Shown piece by piece: positions 42,672-50,373 of a DNA stretch of 64,000 bases. The number at the start of each line of letters is the position of its first letter. Position 1 is the first letter of the stretch. Below the pieces are notes generated by a model. It worked only from the letters and a program-made list of their open reading frames with translations. It did no database searches and was not told where the DNA came from. The stretch is from an uncultured Thermomicrobiales bacterium (GTDB lineage Bacteria > Chloroflexota > Chloroflexia > Thermomicrobiales > UBA6265), in the NCBI GenBank assembly GCA_964244115.1, contig CAXTHM010000014.1:330-64329 (forward strand), written 5' to 3'. The translations under genes and the position numbers were made by a program.

Positions 42672-43937
42672 ATGACCACCCAGACGTATCCGCCCCCGGT
42701 CGTCGAGGGCACGCCCGACCCACGGATCTTCAGCGGCGAGGGACAGGCGTTCCTCGTCGGTGAGACGATCTTCCTGCGTGGGCTGGAAGAGGAGGACGCC
42801 GTCCGCGCCAGCGCCTGGCACGACTCGCCCTACCCGATCAACGCCGAGCGGGCCAGCAAGATCATCAGGGAGCTGACCGAGAAGCCCAGGCCGGGCAACC
42901 GCTTCCTCGTCGCCTGCCGCCGCAGCGATGGCGAACCCGTCGGTTCCCTCGCCCTGCGGCGCTGGGCCGGCAATGAGCCCGACAATCGCCTGGGACTCTG
43001 GGCCGACCCGGCCCGGCCGGAGAGCGAGCGGATCAGGGCCGAGATGCTCGGGCTGATGGTGGGATGGGGCTTCGGCGAGGCCGAACTGCCGAAGATCGTG
43101 CTCGAGTTCGATGACGGTCAGGCGCCGCTGCGGGGACGGGCCGAGGCACTCGGGATGCGCCGCGCCGCCCTGTGGCGGGACGGCGTCTGGCGCGACGGGC
43201 AGTGGCGCGACCGCGTGCTGTACGAAGGGTTGCACCCGGCCTGGCTCCGGCGCCTCGGCGACCCCGGCCGCGGGATCGACCACGCGATAGGCGTGGACGA
43301 CCCGATCCGCTGGCGCCCACGACAGTTCCCGACGTACGGCACCGTCGACGGCGACCCGCCGATCAACGCCGTCATGGTCGGCCCACGGGTCTACCTCCGG
43401 CCGATCGAGATGCGGGACGCGGCTCCATCGGTCGCGATGGAGCGTCGCGAACCCGAGACGTTCATGGACAACGGGCGCTTCCCCTGGTCCGCCGCCGGGG
43501 CACGGCAGTTCGTGCGGGACAACGCGAAATCCGACCCGCCCGGGTGGGTCCAGTTCGCCGTCTGCCTGCGGGAGGACGGCCGGCACATTGGGACCAACGG
43601 GATCTGCGCCATCGACCGGCTCAACCTGACGGCCGAGACGGAGTCCTGGTTCCATGACCCGGCCTACCGCAATAAGGGCTACGGCTCCGAGGCCAAGCAA
43701 CTCCTGCTCGCCTACGCCTTCGAGCGCCTCGGTCTCCACTCCGTCCACAGCCATGTCTGGGGACCCAACACGCGCTCGGCCGCGGCGCTCCGCAAGCAGG
43801 GCTACCGCGAGTGCGGCCGGCTGGTCTGGCAAGGGACGAAGCACGGCGAGTACACCCACGCCTACCTGTTCGACTTCCTCGCCGACGAGTGGCGCGAGAT
43901 GACCGCCCGGGCCAGCGCCGCGGCTGGGAACGCGTAG
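42672..43937 (+). CDS. double-GNAT (RimJ/RimL-like) N-acetyltransferase, paralog 2
   Basis: Alignable end to end with 41239..42513. Identical runs include NAVMVGPRVYLRPIEM, GYGSEAKQLLLAYAFERLGLHSV and WGPNTRSAAALRKQGYRECGR. Confidence 0.75.
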   Translation: MTTQTYPPPVVEGTPDPRIFSGEGQAFLVGETIFLRGLEEEDAVRASAWHDSPYPINAERASKIIRELTEKPRPGNRFLVACRRSDGEPVGSLALRRWAGNEPDNRLGLWADPARPESERIRAEMLGLMVGWGFGEAELPKIVLEFDDGQAPLRGRAEALGMRRAALWRDGVWRDGQWRDRVLYEGLHPAWLRRLGDPGRGIDHAIGVDDPIRWRPRQFPTYGTVDGDPPINAVMVGPRVYLRPIEMRDAAPSVAMERREPETFMDNGRFPWSAAGARQFVRDNAKSDPPGWVQFAVCLREDGRHIGTNGICAIDRLNLTAETESWFHDPAYRNKGYGSEAKQLLLAYAFERLGLHSVHSHVWGPNTRSAAALRKQGYRECGRLVWQGTKHGEYTHAYLFDFLADEWREMTARASAAAGNA

Positions 43938-44211
43938 GACCGTCTCCGGTCGCTCAGCTGGCGGACGCCGTGGCGAGCGACGGGAGACGGATTCCCCCTC
44001 TTCGATATGACGCTGATCCATGCCCGAGCCGCCGTGACCGCGGCGCTGGGTGACGAGACGGCATAGCCAGACACCTGCAGGTGTCGCCGAACCGGAACGA
44101 CTTGCCTGTGGCATCATCCCCCATGCCCTATCGCGTCCGGCGGCGGGGCGGTCGGTACCACGCGGTGCGCCGAGACGACCGCCGGACCGGCCCAGCAGAG
44201 GAGGAGTCATC

Positions 44212-45330
44212 GTGGAGCCTGTGCGCGTCGGCGTCGTCGGTACCGGAAACATCAGCAGCATCTACCTCGAGAACTCGCACAAGTTCCGTGAGTACGAGGT
44301 CGTCGCCGTCGCCGACATCCTCCAGGACCGTGCCCAGGAGCAGGCCGACAAGTTCGGCATCCCCCGCGCCCTGTCGGTCGATGAGCTGATCGTCGATCCG
44401 GAAGTCGAGCTCGTCCTCAACCTGACGATCCCGGCCGCCCACGCCGGGATCGCGATCCGGTCGCTGCAGGCCGGCAAGGTCGCCTACGGCGAGAAGCCGT
44501 TCGCGACCAACCGCGAGGATGGCCAGGCGATCCTCGACGCCGCCGCGGCCGCCGGCCTGGTCGTCGGCTGCGCCCCGGACACCTTCCTCGGCGCCGGCAT
44601 CCAGACGGTGCGCCACGCGATCGACTCCGGCCGGATCGGGACGCCGCACTCCGCGATGTGCGTGATGGCCGGCCCCGGCCCGGCCGTCTGGCACCCGGAC
44701 CCCGGCTTCTTCTTCCAGCCCGGCGGTGGACCGGTGCTGGACATGGGCCCGTACTACATCACCAACCTCGTCACCCTGCTCGGCCCGATCAAGCGGGTCT
44801 CCGCCAAGGGCTTCTCGCCCGGCAAGGAGCGCACGATCGGCATGGGGCCGAAGGCCGGCCAGACGATCCCGGTCGACATCCTGACGACGGTCTCGGCCCA
44901 GCTCGAGCTGGAGAGCGGCGTCCTCGCGACCCTGTTCATGAGCTGGGACGTCTGGGGCACGGAGAACACCAACGTCGAGATCTACGGGGAGGACGGCGCC
45001 CTCTCCGGCTGGGACCCGAACACCTTCCACGGCCCGATCAGGTTCCGGAACGCCGACAGCACCGAGCGCGACGTCTGGGAAGAACTCGACCTCGTCAGCC
45101 CGCACGACGGCAATTCCCGCGGCCTCGGACTTGCCGACATCGCGGTCGCCCACCGGACCGGCGTCGCCCCACGCGCCAGTGGCACCCTCGCCTTCCATGT
45201 CCTCGACGTCATGCTGAGCATCATCGAGTCAGCCGAGCAGGACCGCCCGGTCGAGATCGGCAGCCGGGCCGAGCGGCCGGAAGCCCTGCCGGCCGGGCTC
45301 GCCAACTGGACCGTGACGCTGGACCAGTAA
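44212..45330 (+). CDS. Gfo/Idh/MocA family NAD(P)-dependent oxidoreductase
   Basis: VRVGVVGTGNISSIYL Rossmann, AYGEKPFA. GTG start at 44212 preceded by GAGGAGGA; the track ORF starts earlier. Confidence 0.8.
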   Translation: MEPVRVGVVGTGNISSIYLENSHKFREYEVVAVADILQDRAQEQADKFGIPRALSVDELIVDPEVELVLNLTIPAAHAGIAIRSLQAGKVAYGEKPFATNREDGQAILDAAAAAGLVVGCAPDTFLGAGIQTVRHAIDSGRIGTPHSAMCVMAGPGPAVWHPDPGFFFQPGGGPVLDMGPYYITNLVTLLGPIKRVSAKGFSPGKERTIGMGPKAGQTIPVDILTTVSAQLELESGVLATLFMSWDVWGTENTNVEIYGEDGALSGWDPNTFHGPIRFRNADSTERDVWEELDLVSPHDGNSRGLGLADIAVAHRTGVAPRASGTLAFHVLDVMLSIIESAEQDRPVEIGSRAERPEALPAGLANWTVTLDQ

Positions 45331-45357
45331 CCAGGAACGAGGCAACCAGTTCGTGAG

Positions 45358-45391
45358 GAGAGCCCGCCTGACACTGGTCAGGCGGGCTCTC
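45358..45391 (+). terminator. 15-bp perfect stem hairpin after the oxidoreductase gene
   Basis: GAGAGCCCGCCTGAC-ACTG-GTCAGGCGGGCTCTC. Confidence 0.55.
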
Positions 45392-45507
45392 GCTACGCCC
45401 TTGCGAGTTGGGGCTCCAGCCTCTCGACTTAGTCCGGGCAGTACCGATGAGCCTGGGGTCAACCCGGGGAGACGATATACTGGCGGGTAGACGAGGGAGG
45501 TGCCGAG

Positions 45508-45810
45508 ATGACCCAGACGCGTCCTGCCACCAGCTTACAGGCCACACGATCCCTGACGATCGAGACGGACGGCGACACGCAGATCATCCGTCTGCCATCC
45601 GACATCCATTTCGACGGGGATACGGTCATGCTCCGTCAGGATCAGGCGACGGGGGATGTCATCCTCTCGCAGCGCCCGAAGGCGAAGACCTGGGATGAAT
45701 TGTTCGCCATCCTCGATGAACTCGGACCGATGCCCGACGACTTCATGGCGGATCGACCGATGAATGGACCCATCGACCCACGCGGCGTGTTCGACGACGA
45801 GTTCCCATGA
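45508..45810 (+). CDS. vapB: VapB-type (AbrB/VagC-like) antitoxin
   Basis: TQIIRLPSDIHFDGDTVMLRQDQATGDVILS, C-terminal ...DFMADRP. ATGA overlap with the PIN gene. Confidence 0.7.
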   Translation: MTQTRPATSLQATRSLTIETDGDTQIIRLPSDIHFDGDTVMLRQDQATGDVILSQRPKAKTWDELFAILDELGPMPDDFMADRPMNGPIDPRGVFDDEFP

Positions 45811-46229
45811 CGCTTCGCTACATGCTCGATACCGACATCGCCAGCTACGTCGTCAAGGAGCGTCCGCCAGAGTTCCGAAGGCGGATGGATGCCATGCCCC
45901 TTGGTGAAGCCTGCGTCTCGGCGATCACTCGGGCAGAGCTGTTGTACGGCCTGGTTGGGTTCCCCGTTGACCATCGATTGCATGTGGGCACTGCTGCGTT
46001 TCTCGAATCGGTCGTGATCCTCGACTGGCCGACATCAGCTGCGGAGAGGTTCGCCGGGATCAAGCACGACCTGGTATCGACCGGTCAGCGAATCGGTGAG
46101 ATGGACCTGCTGATCGCCGCCCATGCGCTGGACGCCGGCCTGCCGCTGGTGACAGGGAACGTCCGGCACCACGGGCGCGTTCCGGGGCTGGAAGTCATCG
46201 ACTGGCGAGACGCTCCTAACGAGGGCTGA
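45807..46229 (+). CDS. vapC: VapC PIN-domain toxin
   Basis: YMLDTDIASYVVK, ITRAELLYG, DLLIAAHALDAGLPLVTGNVRHH. Confidence 0.85.
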   Translation: MTLRYMLDTDIASYVVKERPPEFRRRMDAMPLGEACVSAITRAELLYGLVGFPVDHRLHVGTAAFLESVVILDWPTSAAERFAGIKHDLVSTGQRIGEMDLLIAAHALDAGLPLVTGNVRHHGRVPGLEVIDWRDAPNEG

Positions 46230-46431
46230 TCAGACCGGCCGCACATCGGTCGTGCCGCCGGCGTCATGCCCCATCCGGGTCGCCGCAGCGTCCGTCGCCG
46301 CCCGGCTTGACGGTGGTGCGTGTGAGCACTGGGCGGCCCAACGCGGCCGGTATGAGACGATCGGGACCGTTACCCGGTGAGGCAGCGACGCACGCTGGTC
46401 ACCCCCGGACTCGCCAACGAGCAGCGACATC

Positions 46432-47331
46432 TCACGATCGGATCCGGCCCGGACTGACCCACTCGACCCCACGACGTTCCACCGGCGGCCCTGGCATCGG
46501 CATCGGGTCGAACTCGACCTCCTGCCAGGTGAACCGGGAGCGGTAGCGCTCCAGCAGCCGGACGATCGGCCCACCCAACGCGACCACGAGGACGACGTTG
46601 GCGATGGCGCGGGTGAGGTCGTGGGGCAGCGAGGTGATCAGATAGAAGCGGACGTACGTCGTGAGCGTCTCCGTGAACGACATCCCCGGCACCCACGACA
46701 GGCTGGTCGCGTACTCGACCCCGGGCGCGGTGAACGGCCAGAAGGACAGGTTGAGCAGCGCGCCGTAGAGGAGCCCCCAGGCGGCACCGAAGCCGGCCAG
46801 CAGCGCCAGCCGCCGCCGGGGGTGTCCGTCCAGCCGGGGCAGCAGCCCCGCCGTCAGCCCGACCCAGCCCGCGCCGAGCATCTGGTACGGCAACCACGGC
46901 CCCACGCCGCCTGTCAGCAGCGCCGAGATCAGCAGCGACAGCGCTCCGAGCTGGAAGCCGATCGCGCCACCGAAGACCGCGCCGACGAGGATGATCAGCA
47001 GGAAGACCGGCGAGGCGCCCAGGAACGTCGGCAGCAGCCGCAGGGTCGCGTTGACCGCGACCAGCACCCCGAGCAGCGCCACGATCCGGGCCGGCCGGAC
47101 GTCTCCGGCGGAGAGTTCCCCGAGGATGGCGAGCAGGCACAGCCCGGTCACGATCGCGAGGATGAACGGGGCGGCCCGCGTCGCGCTGCTGACCCCGTCG
47201 ATGCCGAGGGCCGGCAGCAGGAACGGCCAGAGGTAGCCGAGGAGCCCGATCAGGCTGGCGACCCCGATCGCCAGCCGGGCGGGGATCGCGGTCGCTCCGG
47301 GCCGGGAACGGATCGAGAACGGGCGTATCAT
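46432..47331 (-). CDS. polytopic membrane protein, ECF-transporter S-component-like
   Basis: Six or more hydrophobic spans with G/A-rich helices (LLIILVGAVFGGAIGFQLGALSLLISALLTGGVGPW). No EcfA/EcfT partner in the window. Family assignment is tentative. Confidence 0.5.
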   Translation of the reverse strand: MIRPFSIRSRPGATAIPARLAIGVASLIGLLGYLWPFLLPALGIDGVSSATRAAPFILAIVTGLCLLAILGELSAGDVRPARIVALLGVLVAVNATLRLLPTFLGASPVFLLIILVGAVFGGAIGFQLGALSLLISALLTGGVGPWLPYQMLGAGWVGLTAGLLPRLDGHPRRRLALLAGFGAAWGLLYGALLNLSFWPFTAPGVEYATSLSWVPGMSFTETLTTYVRFYLITSLPHDLTRAIANVVLVVALGGPIVRLLERYRSRFTWQEVEFDPMPMPGPPVERRGVEWVSPGRIRS

Positions 47332-47946
47332 CGGGGGAACCCTCGAACGGCAGCGGCAACGGATACCGCTACGCTCAACCGCGTTGCCGGGACTCGACGG
47401 CCGGCGCTATTCCCGCTCTGGTCACTCGCGGAGCCGAAGCCGGTTCAGCGGGTGAGCAAGCAGGTGCCCCGAGCAGAGGGCGGGAGGAGGTCTGCCCTCC
47501 CACCAGAACGCCTCGATCACAACCGGTTCACGTCCGAAGACTACACGCTACCGTCCAACCCGCCCGGACTGACGACCCTATCGTCGGGCATCGTCGGGAT
47601 CACCGGAGCCAGAGGCCCTTGGGGCTCGACAGGTATCAGCGACCGCTCTGCTCCAGCCGATACCAGACGGCGTCAAGTGAACCATCTACCTTTTGTACAG
47701 AGCGCACAGTGATACATCCAAGACGCGTCCCGCACCCATCACATCGGCCGTATAGGATCACGTAAACTGCGCAGACTCAACAACAGCCAGGCGAAACCCG
47801 GCGTCCATTCGTTGGGCGGATCGGTAGATGCCGGGCTGTTCGCACAGGTCAGGACAACGGAGGCGGATCGCAGCGACGCGTCGGGCTCTCACGTTCGTGG
47901 GTCGGTTGCCGGTGGATCGCCGGGCACATGAGAGGACGAGCGCGGG

Positions 47947-49488
47947 ATGGCTGCCGAGATCACCCTTGCCGACCTGCTGGCCTGGGTACCGCGACTGCGG
48001 CTGCCGGCCCAGGGCGAACCGGTGCTGGCCGGGGACACGGGCGGGGCGCGACCAGGGTTGCGGGGGATCGCTCCGGTCACCTCACTGGACCGGGAACTGA
48101 CCTGGGCGGTCACCGTCCGGGCGAGCAGCCCGATGCTCCCACCGCTCCGGGGCGGCGAACTCGTCCTGCTGCCCCGGCGGGTGCTGGCCGAGTCCGGCGT
48201 CTCGCTGCCCCTGCTGCTCCGGGAACTCTCGAGCCACCAGTGCTCGGGCGTGGTCCTGGACGGCGTCCCAAGCGGGACGGCGCCCCTGCCACTGCTCGTG
48301 ACCACGTCGGTCGGACCGGAGTTCGAGAACGAGATCAACCGGTTGCTGACCCAGCGCCGGGGTGAACTCTACCGCTCCGGCACCGAACTCGAGCACCTGC
48401 TGAGCGACCTCGCCAACTCCGGCGCCGAGGCCTCGCAGGCGCTGACGGCGGTCGCCGGACAACTCGGCGTCCCGCTGGCGATCACGGACCCGCGCGGCCA
48501 GGTGATGATGACGACCGCGCCGGAGCCGGCGATCCCGGCGACGGTCCCGGCACCACGCGGCTGGCAGCAGGACCGGCTGGCGCTGGCGCTGTCGGACGGC
48601 CGGTCGCTCTGGGTCGGGCCGGTCCCCCGGGCCACCCGGGCGCTGATCCGGCTGGTCGGCGAGCGGGTGGCGACGGCGGTCGATTCGGCCCTGCTCCGGG
48701 CGTCGCAGGCCCGGCCGCGCGGTCCGGCGCGGTCGATGGCACTCCAGTCGCTGGTCGTCGGCGCGATCTCGGACCCACTGACCCGTGCCTCCGCCCTCGG
48801 CCTGCCGACGGACGGCCACTTCCGGGTGGCGCTCGCCAGCACCGAGGCCGGGACCGCCGGGCTGATCCGCTCGCTCGGTCCGCTCGGCACCGTCCATGAC
48901 GGCACGACGCTGGACGGTCTCCCGCTCGGGCTGATCGAGGTCCGCCCGGAGCCGGTGGCGTCCGGCGCCAGCCGCGGTCGGGGCAGCCAGCGCGAGAGCC
49001 GACCGGTCTACCGGTCGCCATCGGTGACCGTCCCGCCGACGCAGGGCTGGTTGGCGGTCTCCGGAACGGTGGCCGGGGTCGCCGGGCTGCCCGACGCCCT
49101 CCGGGAGGCGCGGTTCGTCGCGGCGCTGCTTCAGCACGAGGTCATCCCCGGTCCCCTCGCCCGGTTCGACGTCGTCGACGATCTGGGCGCCTACCGGTTG
49201 CTCTATCGACTCTGGGGGACGATCGACCTGGCCCGGTTCGCGGCCGACACGCTCGGGGAGCTGCCGTTCCGCGACAAGAAGGGGTCGCTCCGGCAAACGC
49301 TCCTCGTCTACCTGGAGACGGGCGGCTCGCACGTCGACGCCGCCGACCGGCTCGGCATCCACCGCAACACGCTGGCCTACCGGCTCAAGCAGATCGGGCT
49401 GCTGACGGGCCGGAACCCGACCGAGCCCGGCTGCCGCCTCGTCCTGCACCTCGCCCTCCTCGCGACCGCTTTGCCCGCCGCGCCGTAG
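47947..49488 (+). CDS. PucR-family transcriptional regulator
   Basis: C-terminal PucR HTH: LRQTLLVYLETGGSHVDAADRLGIHRNTLAYRLKQIGLLTG. Confidence 0.8.
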   Translation: MAAEITLADLLAWVPRLRLPAQGEPVLAGDTGGARPGLRGIAPVTSLDRELTWAVTVRASSPMLPPLRGGELVLLPRRVLAESGVSLPLLLRELSSHQCSGVVLDGVPSGTAPLPLLVTTSVGPEFENEINRLLTQRRGELYRSGTELEHLLSDLANSGAEASQALTAVAGQLGVPLAITDPRGQVMMTTAPEPAIPATVPAPRGWQQDRLALALSDGRSLWVGPVPRATRALIRLVGERVATAVDSALLRASQARPRGPARSMALQSLVVGAISDPLTRASALGLPTDGHFRVALASTEAGTAGLIRSLGPLGTVHDGTTLDGLPLGLIEVRPEPVASGASRGRGSQRESRPVYRSPSVTVPPTQGWLAVSGTVAGVAGLPDALREARFVAALLQHEVIPGPLARFDVVDDLGAYRLLYRLWGTIDLARFAADTLGELPFRDKKGSLRQTLLVYLETGGSHVDAADRLGIHRNTLAYRLKQIGLLTGRNPTEPGCRLVLHLALLATALPAAP

Positions 49489-49580
49489 CTGGCAGGTGCT
49501 CATTGGACTGGCCGCGCTCACCCAGGAGCAGCGGCAGTCCGTCACGTCGGGGTGACAGCTCTCGCATCGCTGGCCTCGTT

Positions 49581-49730
49581 CGGCCGCCGTTGCGGCCCAT
49601 GACGTCGGGGCGACGGCCCGCCCTGCCCGGCCGCCGCAGCGGCCCGTCATGTAGAGACGAAGCCTGTAAGCCAGGCCGCCGCAGCGGCCGTCGCCCCGCC
49701 GGGCGACGACTGGCGCACCGGGTTCAACCC
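49581..49730 (-). repeat. family-A repeats (about 1.5 divergent copies)
   Basis: ...GTAGAGACGAAGCCTGTAAGCCAGGCCGCCGCAGCGGCCGTCGCCCCGCCGGGCGACGACTGGCGCACCGGGTTCAACCC. Confidence 0.65.
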
Positions 49731-49825
49731 TCGTCGATCATGCCCGGTAGTGCGCTATTCGGTTTCCCGACCTGGCCGTTGCATCGAGAGACGGCGTCGC
49801 CGACCTGCGTGGTTCGTTCGCAGAC

Positions 49826-49907
49826 GGTTGAACCCAGTGCGCGGTTATCGCCCTGGGGGGGCGATGGTCGCTGCGGCGACCGGTCAGGGCAAGCCCGTGA
49901 CCCTAGG
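49826..49907 (+). repeat. family-A repeat
   Basis: GGTTGAACCCAGTGCGCGGTTATCGCCCTGGGGGGGCGATGGTCGCTGCGGCGACCGGTCAGGGCAAGCCCGTGACCCTAGG. Confidence 0.8.
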
Positions 49908-50177
49908 TCTCGAGCCGCTGCGACGGTGGTTCGGGGCCAGCGAAGCGTTGCGTGAGCGTCGACTTGCCTGCGAACCGGACACCCATGAGAGTCGCCCCGA
50001 CGAGGCTGGTCGCCCTCTCCCCCGAGAGAACCGTTGCGGATCACGTACGTACATAGAGGTACGGACTCCGCACCGTTCGCGGCTGGGCTCCTGTCCCTGC
50101 CTATGACGTCCCGGATCTTCGCCCCGCGCGATCCCGCCCACGCACTGATTTCCCGCACCCCGCACCGACCTGTGATA

Positions 50178-50202
50178 CTGTACGTACAGTGTGTGCGTAC
50201 AC
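50178..50202. promoter_or_regulatory. candidate operator: perfect 12-bp palindrome plus adjacent degenerate copy
   Basis: CTGTACGTACAG immediately followed by TGTGTGCGTACAC, 185 nt upstream of the 50374 start. The same TGTACGTACA core lies upstream of dcd. Confidence 0.35.
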
Positions 50203-50373
50203 CCTTTCGGGCCGGTCCTGCTCGACGCCGATCGTCGGCGTCCCGGACCAGACACATCAGACGCTACGGACCCGATGTCCGCTGGCGGTCGCGGCGGTCG
50301 GGACCCGGCGCATTGGCGTCGAGGCCTGCCGACTGGCCGGTGAACCCATCCAAATATGCGTGAGGAGGCAGTC

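Noticed and set aside
40816-44261. Two long minus-strand ORFs (536 aa and 538 aa) opposite the GNAT paralogs
   Set aside because: These are shadow ORFs. The + strand frames carry clear GNAT motifs and are mutually alignable. The minus-strand products are low-complexity.
47332-47946. Cobalamin or TPP riboswitch call upstream of the ECF S-component-like gene
   Set aside because: Only fragments resemble the conserved cores (GGGAAT.., CTGAACCGG, GGAGGTCTGCC). I could not find the B12 box (GCCACTG) or the TPP CUGAGA element. This is kept only as a low-interest note pending an Infernal scan.
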